From positions 93,497 to 157,496 of the forward strand of contig CBDBHZ010000001.1 of assembly GCA_965205905.1 (NCBI GenBank): a DNA stretch of 64,000 nucleotides, in the 5' to 3' direction. Source of the stretch: Alphaproteobacteria bacterium. Its GTDB lineage: Bacteria; Pseudomonadota; Alphaproteobacteria; JABAAW01; JAHZMA01. The notes beneath the pieces were generated by a model. It saw only the letters and a program-made list of their open reading frames with translations, was not told the origin of the DNA and ran no database searches. Below are positions 1-9,142 of the stretch, piece after piece (position 1 is the stretch's first letter; every line of letters starts with the position of its first letter). A program made the position numbers and the translations under genes.

Positions 1-88
1 AATCGCCGATTTTAAGCGCGCCTGCAGGTGTGGTTTCTACCGATGCTTGGCGTATTAATTGGGTGAATTTGGGTGATATTTGATTCAT
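1..88 (-). CDS. 5' end of a gene running off the window, probably a methylenetetrahydrofolate reductase (MetF-like)
   Basis: ATG at 88 with AAGGT upstream. It reads MNQISPKFTQLIRQASVETTPAGALKIGD, resembling the S-x-E-x-T/M-P start of alphaproteobacterial MetF-like proteins found in this cluster. Only 29 codons are visible. Confidence 0.4.
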   Translation of the reverse strand, partial: MNQISPKFTQLIRQASVETTPAGALKIGD

Positions 89-102
89 GTTTTTACCTTA
101 TG

Positions 103-2154
103 TTATGCCGTATTATAACGTTGGCGTGCGGGACGGTTACGGTTGGTACGACTGGTTTGATTTGTGGTTGCGCGTGGCAATGTAACTGTTTGCGCTAATT
201 TCTGATAGGGGTCATCACTATTGGGAATGCCCATCGCGCTGACAAAATATTTTTGGAAATCAGGGTCAAGCGCGGTTTCAATTTTTTCAACCAGTGGAAT
301 CCGATGCTCAATCTCAATGCGGGCATCTTTACTGGTGAGTGCCATTAATGCCCCCGTGCCAGCAGCATTACCAGCTGATGATACATCGGCAACAGCGCAA
401 TCGGGTAACATGCCTAATATCAGCGCGTATTTCGGGTCGATGTGTGAGCCGAATGCACCTGCCAAAATCACGCGGTCAAGCTGCGTAATGCCTACCTTAT
501 CCATCAATAATCTGGCACTGGCATACAGCGCACCTTTGGCAAGCTGAATTGCCCGCACATCATTTTGGGTGATGAAGATTCGGTAATTTTCGTTTTCATG
601 CAACAGATAATCAAATGTGCGTTCATTCGCCACAATCCGCGGGGTTCGTTCGGCAAGCCTGCCATCAATAATGCCCGTTGGCGTTATCACGCCCGCCAGA
701 TAAAGTTCAACAATCACTTCGATAATACCAGACCCGCAAATGCCAGTAATGCCAATATCAGAATCCGCAAATGCCTGTTCATCTGACCAAGCATCAATGC
801 CAATCACTTTAATCAAAGGTTCTAACGTTTCGGGGTTGATACGCACATTTTCAATCGCGCCACTTGCCGCCCGTTGCCCCGATGAAATTTGCGCGCCTTC
901 AAGTGCAGGACCAGTAGGGGACGAGCAAGAAAGCAGTCTTTTACCGCCATCATCACCTTTGTAACTTAATGTGAGTTCAGCATTGGTGCCAACATCAACA
1001 ATCAGCACATTATCATCATCAAGCCATGGCTTTAATGCCAGCATCACGGCGGCGGCATCTGCCCCCACATGCCCCGCAGCGCAAGGCAAAATATAGGCAT
1101 CGGCACATTCATGCAGTTGCAATTTCAACGCTTGTGCAGGGATATTAATCGCCTGCCCAGTGGCAAGCGCAAATGGCGCATTGCCCAACTCAACAGGTGA
1201 GATATTGAGCAAAATATGGTGCATCACGGGGTTACACACAATGGCAATATCAATAATCTCTTTGGTGGTAATATCATGTTCGGCACATAATTCGCGTATC
1301 AATTCATTAAGGGTGCGGCGCACCGATTGCGACATTTGTTGCGTGCCTGTTTCAGTCATCATCGCGTAAGAAACACGGCTCATCAAATCCTCACCAAAGC
1401 GGATTTGCGGATTCATTCTGCCCGCACTTTCAATCAACTGCCCCGAAACCAAATCGGCAAGCATCGCAGAGATGGTGGTAGAGCCCAAATCAACTGCAAT
1501 CCCATAGAGGCTAGATTTACCGGGCGCCCATATCCCGATAATCACATCATTTTTTACCGCAACCGTGATGCGCCAATCATTCTTGCGGAGTAATTTTTGC
1601 AATTCGCGCAATAATAACGGGTTAAGATGGCTGATGGTAATCTCGTGTTGTGCTTGCATCGCCTGCATCAACCGCTCGCTATCACCCGTTTGGCTGTGCA
1701 TATTTGCCTCTTCAACCGTTACATCATAAAGCTCAATCATCGGCTGCATATTTTTGGAATAGTCAGTATCGGTTTTTTTGCTAATCACTTGTTGATAGGC
1801 TTGACTTTCATGTGGCACATCAACCACCAAATCACCTTTGATGATACCGCAACATGCCAACCGCCGATTCTGCCCTAAACCATTGCGCTTATGGTAGCGT
1901 TCTTCACTGCCCGATAATACCGATATATTTTCAGGCGTGGCAGTCATTTCTAATTTAGGAAACTCACCGAATGAATATTCAACTTGGCACCGACCACATC
2001 TGGCATTGCCACTGCAATTACTATCCAAATCCACATCTAGCATACGGGCGGCTTGCAATACCGATATGCCTTTTGGCACAATGCCCCGTTGCCCTGACGG
2101 CATAAAGGCGATAAAGGCTTTATCGGGATTATCGTTAACATATTCTTCACTCAT
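103..2154 (-). CDS. ASKHA-domain reductive activator of corrinoid proteins (RACo/RamA-like, COG3894) with an N-terminal 2Fe-2S ferredoxin
   Basis: N-terminal C-x5-C-x2-C...RLAC ferredoxin motif; ASKHA motifs VDLGSTT, DVGTNAE, GPALEG, GICGSG and LAGAFG. Confidence 0.9.
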   Translation of the reverse strand: MSEEYVNDNPDKAFIAFMPSGQRGIVPKGISVLQAARMLDVDLDSNCSGNARCGRCQVEYSFGEFPKLEMTATPENISVLSGSEERYHKRNGLGQNRRLACCGIIKGDLVVDVPHESQAYQQVISKKTDTDYSKNMQPMIELYDVTVEEANMHSQTGDSERLMQAMQAQHEITISHLNPLLLRELQKLLRKNDWRITVAVKNDVIIGIWAPGKSSLYGIAVDLGSTTISAMLADLVSGQLIESAGRMNPQIRFGEDLMSRVSYAMMTETGTQQMSQSVRRTLNELIRELCAEHDITTKEIIDIAIVCNPVMHHILLNISPVELGNAPFALATGQAINIPAQALKLQLHECADAYILPCAAGHVGADAAAVMLALKPWLDDDNVLIVDVGTNAELTLSYKGDDGGKRLLSCSSPTGPALEGAQISSGQRAASGAIENVRINPETLEPLIKVIGIDAWSDEQAFADSDIGITGICGSGIIEVIVELYLAGVITPTGIIDGRLAERTPRIVANERTFDYLLHENENYRIFITQNDVRAIQLAKGALYASARLLMDKVGITQLDRVILAGAFGSHIDPKYALILGMLPDCAVADVSSAGNAAGTGALMALTSKDARIEIEHRIPLVEKIETALDPDFQKYFVSAMGIPNSDDPYQKLAQTVTLPRATTNQTSRTNRNRPARQRYNTA

Positions 2155-3602
2155 ATTTTTTGCCTTTCGCCAGTGTTACTATAAGCCTCAATATCGGCTT
2201 TGATATTCTCTAATTCACCACTCACCCATTCATGCTTATTGTTATATTTTTCATGGATATATTTTTCTATATCACGAAAATCTGGTGTTAGAAAGGAAAA
2301 TTCTAATTTATAGGCACGGTTAGGGTCGCTGGTTTGATAGCTATTGAGGCGGTTGTTGATATTTTTAGCAATGCCAACCTTATATTCATCAGGATAATTT
2401 TGATGTGAGATGATATAGACATATTTCTTTTCGCGCTCATCAGCATTAATATCGGTGCGTTTGGGCGGTGTGGTGTGGTAGCTAACATCGCCAAACAGAT
2501 AGCCGATTTCTTTTTCCAGCCTTATCTGCACCAATTCATAGGCTTTATGGGATACATCAATCCCCACCCATTGCCGTTTCAATTTTTCTGCCGCCACGCA
2601 TGTTGTGGCACAACCGCAAAAAGGGTCTAGCACAATATCGCCTTCTTCGCTTGATGCTTTGATGATGCGTTCAAGCAAGGCAAGTGGCTTTTGTGTGGGG
2701 TAGCCAGTTGCCTCATCATTGTTGCTGATACGGGCAATATCCGTCCAATTATTATCTAACGGCTCGCCATCATAATCATCTAAATATTTTCTGCGCTCAA
2801 TTTTTTTGCCATCATCACTGATAACGATATTACCTTTTTCATATTCTTCTTCTAGCCGTTGTTTGCTTAACCGCCAGCCCGATGGATGAGGGTTGGTGAA
2901 ACCGCGCCATGTGTAACACAAATTCGGGCGCGCCCCCATATTTTTGGCACGAAATATAGGAATACCTGTATAATAAGCTTGCCCCTTTTCGTCAATCTTA
3001 TCGAATTTTTCGGTGATATTGTCTTGATTCCATCGGGTGGTTTGCAAATGATAATCATCACTTTTGCTATAAAACAAAATATTATCGGTATTATTGCCGA
3101 ATTTCTTGCTCTTAAACTGACTGCCTTTACCGCGCCTATCATTGCGTTGCCAGATAATCTCGTTACGAAAATTTGTCTCATCAAAGATGCAATCCATTAG
3201 CAATTTCAGATAATGCGACATGGTGGAATCGCAATGTAGATAGATGCACCCTGTTTGTTTCAAGATGCGGTAACATGCCATCAGGCGAATCGCCATATAA
3301 GCAAGATAGCAAAAATTGTAAGAAAACTTCCCCTCTAGGCTTTTGGTGGCATTCAGTAAAATATAGATTTTTTCTTGGTCTTGCTTAATGGTTTCTAGCC
3401 ATTCTTCTTTTACATCTGCGGCGCGAAATATATCATCAAATGCCGCACCCTCTGCCGAACTTCCGATGGGGGCGGTAAATACCTTATTCTTGTTGAAAGG
3501 TGGGTCAAGATAGATGAGGTCGATAGAATCGCTATTGATGCCCTGTAATATATCGATATTATCACGGCAAAAAATCGTTCTATTGTTGATATTATCTTGC
3601 AT
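2151..3602 (-). CDS. N6-adenine/N4-cytosine DNA methyltransferase (beta class) fused to a C-terminal GIY-YIG/T5orf172-like domain
   Basis: DLIYLDPPFN (motif IV) precedes YPTQKP and VLDPFCGCATT (motif I); C-terminus YVYII...YKVG...RL..YQT...HEW. Confidence 0.85.
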   Translation of the reverse strand: MQDNINNRTIFCRDNIDILQGINSDSIDLIYLDPPFNKNKVFTAPIGSSAEGAAFDDIFRAADVKEEWLETIKQDQEKIYILLNATKSLEGKFSYNFCYLAYMAIRLMACYRILKQTGCIYLHCDSTMSHYLKLLMDCIFDETNFRNEIIWQRNDRRGKGSQFKSKKFGNNTDNILFYSKSDDYHLQTTRWNQDNITEKFDKIDEKGQAYYTGIPIFRAKNMGARPNLCYTWRGFTNPHPSGWRLSKQRLEEEYEKGNIVISDDGKKIERRKYLDDYDGEPLDNNWTDIARISNNDEATGYPTQKPLALLERIIKASSEEGDIVLDPFCGCATTCVAAEKLKRQWVGIDVSHKAYELVQIRLEKEIGYLFGDVSYHTTPPKRTDINADEREKKYVYIISHQNYPDEYKVGIAKNINNRLNSYQTSDPNRAYKLEFSFLTPDFRDIEKYIHEKYNNKHEWVSGELENIKADIEAYSNTGERQKI

Positions 3603-3633
3603 CTGGCACCCTATTTAGAAAACTGACACTGTT

Positions 3634-3663
3634 ATTATAGTTTTATCATATATCACAATTCAA
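3634..3663 (-). promoter_or_regulatory. Putative sigma70 promoter of the methyltransferase gene
   Basis: TTGAAT-18 bp-TATAAT on the minus strand, about 30 bp upstream of the ATG at 3602. Confidence 0.45.
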
Positions 3664-3692
3664 TATCATTGGGCAATATCATTGGGCAATAT
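3661..3692. repeat. 13-bp tandem repeat (CAATATCATTGGG x2 plus a partial third copy)
   Basis: 3661-3673 and 3674-3686 are identical, followed by CAATAT. Confidence 0.7.
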
Positions 3693-3715
3693 TGAGATAC
3701 AATATTAATATTTAA

Positions 3716-4628
3716 TCAGTCGCGTTTTCTTCTTCTTTCGCGCCTGCCACCCTCGCCGCCCTCGCTTGAATTTGCCGCCGCAGGCTCGCGATAGGCTTTA
3801 ATCCAACGCGCACAGTCTCTATCGTTGCCTGCCACCACATTTGCCGCCATAATCGCCTCTTTTTCTTGGGAATGTAGGGGGTTCATAATCGCCGATGTCA
3901 TGCCTGCGCCACATGCCATGGTTAAAAACGCGGCATTGATGCTGTGCCGATTGGGCAAGACCAAAGCTGATATTAGACGCCCCGCACGAGGTATTCACAT
4001 GCAATTCTTCACGCAAACGGCGAATCAGATGCATCACTGATTTACCAGCATCGCCTAGCGCACCAATCGGCATCACCAACGGGTCAACCACAATATCGCA
4101 TGGCTTGATACCATAATCGGCGGCACGTTCAACGATTTTTTTGGCAACTTCATAGCGCACATCAGGGTCTTGAGATATACCAGTCTCGTCATTAGAAATC
4201 GCAATCACCGCGCAATCATATTTTTTCACCAATGGCAAAACTTGCTCTAATTGTTCGTCTTCGCCCGTTACCGAATTCAGCAATGCCCGCCCCTGATAGG
4301 CTGCTAGCCCGCTTTCAAGCGCGGCAATGATGGAGCTATCAATACATAAGGGCAAATCGGTAAGTGATTGCACCAGCCGAATCGTTTCTGCCAGAATCGC
4401 TGGCTCGTCAGCAAGCGGAATGCCCGCATTTATATCTAGCATATGTGCGCCTGCTTCTACTTGGGCGATTGTATCAGATTTGACAGTATCAAAATTGCCG
4501 GCTTTCATTTCAGCGGCTAATTTTTTGCGCCCTGTGGGGTTGATGCGCTCGCCAATGATGGTGAAAGGCTGGTCAAAGCCGATAATATGCTCACGGGTTT
4601 TTGAGCTAACAATGGTATGGGTTGTCAT
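3716..4628 (-). pseudogene. Methyltetrahydrofolate:corrinoid methyltransferase (pterin-binding, AcsE/MetH folate domain), frameshifted near 3956-3959
   Basis: ORF 3819..4628 has IIGERINPTG, DINAG and CGASNISFGL. The expected continuation PNRHSINAAFL..MTSAIMNP lies in the frame of ORF 3716..3964. There is one extra base at GGT CTT G CCC AAT. Confidence 0.8.
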
Positions 4629-4647
4629 GTTATTTATCTTTCATAGT

Positions 4648-4953
4648 TTATGTGGGTTTGTAACCGCCATTTTTGACGAAAATACTTAATTTTTCTGCCG
4701 TATACTCGGCTTCTAATTTTTCTTTTATCTGCTGGGCTTCTTGTTCTATATCGTCAGAACAGTCGGTGGCATCTGATTTACGCCATTGGCTTAAATAATC
4801 ATCTGTGCTATCGGTGCCAGATTTCATGGCGGCACGATCGATGGCTTTTTCAAACCGTTCGTCTAGCACGCATTTTACCTGCTCGCGCCTTGATTTTTTG
4901 ACAATCACTTGCGCGGGAATATCACGCCAATAAACAATTTGAACCTGTGCCAT
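4648..4953 (-). CDS. Virulence-factor family small protein (WRDIP motif), typically linked to corrinoid/MetF clusters
   Basis: IVYWRDIPAQV...RFEKAIDRAAM...YL.QWR signature. Confidence 0.8.
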   Translation of the reverse strand: MAQVQIVYWRDIPAQVIVKKSRREQVKCVLDERFEKAIDRAAMKSGTDSTDDYLSQWRKSDATDCSDDIEQEAQQIKEKLEAEYTAEKLSIFVKNGGYKPT

Positions 4954-5013
4954 GACCGTCCCTATCTATGATAAGATAATATGAGTAACTATTCATCACA
5001 TATAAGATATTAA

Positions 5014-6228
5014 TTGTTAAAAAAGTTGCTTATTACCGACATAGAAAGGCTTAATAACGCTATTATGTTGATATTGAAAATAAATTACATTATTTCACAA
5101 AGAATAGATTGCCCTTTGCTGATAAATCGCTTATATATTTTGATTATGTTATCAGGCGGATTAGTTGCATCTTCAACCAAGATACAGCCCTCTTCTCTAC
5201 AGCCTTTATTGGGGCTTTATGGGGAGGGGTTGGCGCAGACCAATCAATTAATCCAAAACACCGCTGATTCTTCTATTTTACTGATTCCTAAAGTGGCGCA
5301 TCATCTGTTAGATGCCGGTGGCAAGCGGATTCGTTCCTTATTATTATTGGCAAGTGCCGATTTAGCCTGTCAAATCAGCGGCACTGACTATCAACAGCAA
5401 AAAATCTTAAATCTATCGGCTGCGGTTGAGATGATTCACACCGCAACCTTATTGCATGATGATGTGGTGGATAATTCGGCACTCAGGCGTGGCAAGCCGA
5501 CTGCCAATAAGATTTGGGATAATAAATTGCCGATTCTGGTGGGCGATTATCTGTTTTCATGCGCTTTTATGCTGATGGTAAAATCAGAATCGCTTCAAGT
5601 GCTTGAGATGCTTTCTGCCGTATCTGCCGAATTAGCCGAAGGTGAGGTTTTGCAATTACAATATGAGGGTGATGCCGATTTACCGCGTGAGGTGTATCAG
5701 CAAATTATCACTGCAAAAACCGCATCATTATTTCGGGCGGCAAGTGAAGCAGGCGCGATGATGGGTTGCGATGGGATGGGTTGCGATGATAAAAACCTAC
5801 AGCAGATATTGAAGCAATTCGGGCATGATTTCGGTATCTTGTTTCAGCTGGTTGATGATATGATGGATTATCATGTGGGTGCTGATATGATGGGCAAAAT
5901 ATCGGGTGATGATTTGCGTGAGGGCAAGGTAACATTGCCTTTGATTATCTTGCGCGAAAAGCTGAATGATGCTGAAAAATACTGCCAGAAAGAATGGTTG
6001 ACAGATGTGATAAGCAACAAGAATGCTGACGATAATGATTTAGAGAAAATACAAAAATTGATGCAAGAATATCATATTGCCGAAGCCATGCGTGGCGAAA
6101 TTAACGGTTATGGTGATAGCTTAAACCATGCGCTAGAACAATTAGCTGATGCTTCGCCAAAACAAGCATTGCCGATTATCGATGCCTTGCATCAGGCAGT
6201 GCAATTCTCGTTGGGAAGGCTGTATTGA
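5014..6228 (+). CDS. ispB: Polyprenyl diphosphate synthase (true start probably downstream, about 5146)
   Basis: [24 protein letters not shown] and [12 protein letters not shown]. Confidence 0.85.
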   Translation: MLKKLLITDIERLNNAIMLILKINYIISQRIDCPLLINRLYILIMLSGGLVASSTKIQPSSLQPLLGLYGEGLAQTNQLIQNTADSSILLIPKVAHHLLDAGGKRIRSLLLLASADLACQISGTDYQQQKILNLSAAVEMIHTATLLHDDVVDNSALRRGKPTANKIWDNKLPILVGDYLFSCAFMLMVKSESLQVLEMLSAVSAELAEGEVLQLQYEGDADLPREVYQQIITAKTASLFRAASEAGAMMGCDGMGCDDKNLQQILKQFGHDFGILFQLVDDMMDYHVGADMMGKISGDDLREGKVTLPLIILREKLNDAEKYCQKEWLTDVISNKNADDNDLEKIQKLMQEYHIAEAMRGEINGYGDSLNHALEQLADASPKQALPIIDALHQAVQFSLGRLY

Positions 6229-7172
6229 TGACGGATAATCCAAACCACCTTCTGGGTATCGAAGGCATGCAACGGTGCGATATTGAAGCGGTGTTGAATT
6301 TGGCAAATGATTATGCAGGCAAAGTCCGCAATGGTGAAAAAGTTGACCCCGTGCTAGATGGCTTGACCATGATAAATCTGTTTTTTGAAAATTCCACCCG
6401 CACCCGCACCTCGTTTGAATTGGCAGGCAAAAGATTAGGGGCGGCTGTTACCAATATGTCGGTGGTTAGCTCGTCAATCAAAAAAGGCGAAACCCTCACC
6501 GATACTGCGCTTACCTTGCGTGCCATGCATACTGATATTTTGGTGGTGAGGCATCAATGTTCGGGGGCGGTGAAATTATTATCAGAAAAAGTCGGCTGTT
6601 CGGTGGTGAATGCGGGTGATGGCTCGCATGAACACCCTACGCAAGCCTTTTTAGATGCGCTCACAATCCAAAGGCGCAAGGGCAAATTGCAGGGGCTAGA
6701 AGTTGCTATTTGTGGCGATATTATGCATAGCCGTGTCGCCCGTTCTAATATCCATCTGTTGCAGATTATGGGGGCAAGGGTGCGCTTGGTTGGTCCGCCT
6801 ACTTTAATGCCGCCCAATATTGAACAATTTGGACCTCAAATTTATCATGATATGAAGCAAGGCTTAAAAGATTGCGATATTGTGATGATGCTACGTTTGC
6901 AAACCGAACGGATGCAGGGAAATTATGTGCCATCGGTGCGGGAATATTATCATTTTTACGGGCTTACCCGCGAAAAACTTGCCAATGCCAAAAAAGACGC
7001 GCTGATTATGCACCCTGGACCGATGAATCGCGGGGTTGAGATTGATTCCGAACTGGCTGATGATATTCATCGTTCCTTGATTCAAGAACAGGTTGAGATG
7101 GGGGTTGCGGTAAGAATGGCAAGTTTGGCATTGATAGGGCAATCGATAAAGGCGAATAAGGCGAAGAAATAA
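6225..7172 (+). CDS. pyrB: Aspartate carbamoyltransferase catalytic subunit
   Basis: [16 protein letters not shown] and MHPGP motifs. Confidence 0.97.
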   Translation: MMTDNPNHLLGIEGMQRCDIEAVLNLANDYAGKVRNGEKVDPVLDGLTMINLFFENSTRTRTSFELAGKRLGAAVTNMSVVSSSIKKGETLTDTALTLRAMHTDILVVRHQCSGAVKLLSEKVGCSVVNAGDGSHEHPTQAFLDALTIQRRKGKLQGLEVAICGDIMHSRVARSNIHLLQIMGARVRLVGPPTLMPPNIEQFGPQIYHDMKQGLKDCDIVMMLRLQTERMQGNYVPSVREYYHFYGLTREKLANAKKDALIMHPGPMNRGVEIDSELADDIHRSLIQEQVEMGVAVRMASLALIGQSIKANKAKK

Positions 7173-7173
7173 G

Positions 7174-8496
7174 ATGCGACAACACTATATTCATAATGTG
7201 ATATTATGCACAGCTGAAACAGGCACATTAGAAAAAGGCGCGATATTGTTGCATGATGGCAAGATTGCCGCATTGGGTGCTGATGTGCCGTTACCAGAGA
7301 AGCAAATGCCTGCAAGCGATAATGATGAGCTGAAAATCACCGATGGCAAGGGGCATTATCTTACCTCTGGTTTGGTGGATATGCGGGTGAAATTATGCTC
7401 GCCAGCGGCGGAACATAAGGAAAGCATTGAAAGCGGTATCCGTGCGGCAATGAAAGGTGGGATTACCACGATGGTAACAATCCCTAGCCATGATTCGATG
7501 ATTGATGATGTGGCAGGGATTGAATTTATCGCAAGACGTGGGCGCGAACAAAAGGGCAGTAAACTTTATTGCTATGCGGCATTAACGCGGGGCATGAAAG
7601 GCGAAGAGATTACCGAAATGGGCTTGTTAAGCGAGGCAGGTGCGCTTGGCTTTACCGATGGCGAGCAAGCGTTAGAAAATCCGCTAATGATGTATCGCGC
7701 CCTTACCTATGCCAAAGGGGTTGATGCGTTGGTGATACAGCACCCCGAAATGGCATCGCTGAATCCCGGTGGACAGATGAATAAAGGTGCGCTTGCCACT
7801 TTGTTAGGCTTGAAAGGCATGCCGAATATCGCAGAAGTGATGATGGTGGAACGCGATATCCGCTTGTTAGAAGAAACAGGTGGGCGGTATCATGTCGCGC
7901 ATATTTCCACGCGTGAAACGGTTGATGTTATTCGTAAAGCCAAGAAACGTGGGCTGAATATCACCTGCGATACCGCGCCACAATATTTTTTACTGAACGA
8001 ATTAGCAGTGCATGATTACCGCACTTTTGCCAAAGTAAATCCGCCCTTGCGGTGCGAAGATGATAGGCTCGCGATTATTGAGGGCTTGCAAGATGGCACG
8101 ATTGATTGCATCGCTTCTGACCATATTCCGCAAGACCAAGATTCTAAACGGCAACCGTTTGAATGGGCAGAATTTGGAATGGTTGGGCTAGAAACTTTGT
8201 TCACGCTTTCATTAAAATTGGTGCATGATGGGCAATTATCACTATGTGAGTTACTGCAAAAACTCACCATTAACCCCGCAAAAATTTTGCGCCTGCCAAG
8301 CAATGAATTGGCAGTAGGCGAGGCGGCTGATGTGATGCTGTTTGATAAAGATGTGGCATGGCAAATTCTTGAGGAAAGACTGATAAGCAAATCTAAAAAT
8401 ACCAGTTTTGATAAAATGCCAGTGCAGGGCAAGGTGCTGAAATGCTGGGTTGATGGGCGCGTGATGGGTTTTGGTGAGGATATTTTTGATGGGTGA
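7174..8496 (+). CDS. pyrC: Dihydroorotase-like protein (PyrC'-type, probably lacking the first metal-binding histidines)
   Basis: KVNPPLR, IASDH and GLET motifs; DMRVK replaces D-x-H-x-H; follows pyrB. Confidence 0.85.
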   Translation: MRQHYIHNVILCTAETGTLEKGAILLHDGKIAALGADVPLPEKQMPASDNDELKITDGKGHYLTSGLVDMRVKLCSPAAEHKESIESGIRAAMKGGITTMVTIPSHDSMIDDVAGIEFIARRGREQKGSKLYCYAALTRGMKGEEITEMGLLSEAGALGFTDGEQALENPLMMYRALTYAKGVDALVIQHPEMASLNPGGQMNKGALATLLGLKGMPNIAEVMMVERDIRLLEETGGRYHVAHISTRETVDVIRKAKKRGLNITCDTAPQYFLLNELAVHDYRTFAKVNPPLRCEDDRLAIIEGLQDGTIDCIASDHIPQDQDSKRQPFEWAEFGMVGLETLFTLSLKLVHDGQLSLCELLQKLTINPAKILRLPSNELAVGEAADVMLFDKDVAWQILEERLISKSKNTSFDKMPVQGKVLKCWVDGRVMGFGEDIFDG

Positions 8497-9142
8497 ATTG
8501 TTTAACCCCTCGATTTTGGTGCTGGTAGTGATTGCTTATTTACTGGGCTCGGTGCCATTTGGCTTGGTGCTTTATTATCTAAAAACAAGGCAGGATTTAC
8601 GCAAAATCGGGTCGGGCAATATCGGCGCAACCAATGTCTATCGGGCTTCTGGCATAAAATTAGCGATTGTTACCGTGATGTGCGATAGTGGCAAAGCGGC
8701 TTTGATAAGCTTTATTGCGCTCACTTTTTTTGATAAAAATGCCGCCTTAATGGTTGGGTTAGCGGCGATTATCGGGCATAATTTTTCATGTTTTCTTGGC
8801 TTTAAGGGCGGTAAGGGCGTGGCAAGCTCGCTTGCGGTGATGCTGGTGCTGAATTGGCAAATCGCGCTGATAGGCTGTGCGGTATGGTTGGGCATGTTGG
8901 CAGTGTTTCGCACCTCATCGGTATCGGCATTGCTCGGCTTTGTGGTCATGCTGATTGTTACGATTTTTATCGCAGGCGATATTTCTAGTCTGATTGCCGC
9001 TTTGCTCTTAACGGGTTTGGTTTTTATCAAGCATCTTGGCAATATTAGGCGCATCGCCAATGGCACTGAACCCCATACGATTGGCAATAAAGCTGGTGAT
9101 AAATATTTTACCTTTAATCCGAAGAATAGGAAAAAAACATGA
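8489..9142 (+). CDS. plsY: Glycerol-3-phosphate acyltransferase PlsY
   Basis: YLLGSVPFG, GSGNIGATN and FKGGKGVA; pyrB-pyrC-plsY synteny. Confidence 0.95.
   Translation: MGELFNPSILVLVVIAYLLGSVPFGLVLYYLKTRQDLRKIGSGNIGATNVYRASGIKLAIVTVMCDSGKAALISFIALTFFDKNAALMVGLAAIIGHNFSCFLGFKGGKGVASSLAVMLVLNWQIALIGCAVWLGMLAVFRTSSVSALLGFVVMLIVTIFIAGDISSLIAALLLTGLVFIKHLGNIRRIANGTEPHTIGNKAGDKYFTFNPKNRKKT

Noticed and set aside
3945-3970. Programmed prfB-like frameshift
   Set aside because: No in-frame stop at the shift site and no obvious internal Shine-Dalgarno; an error or a recent mutation is more parsimonious.
7174-8496. Loss of metal ligands in PyrC as a novelty
   Set aside because: Inactive PyrC'-type subunits next to pyrB are already established in proteobacteria.
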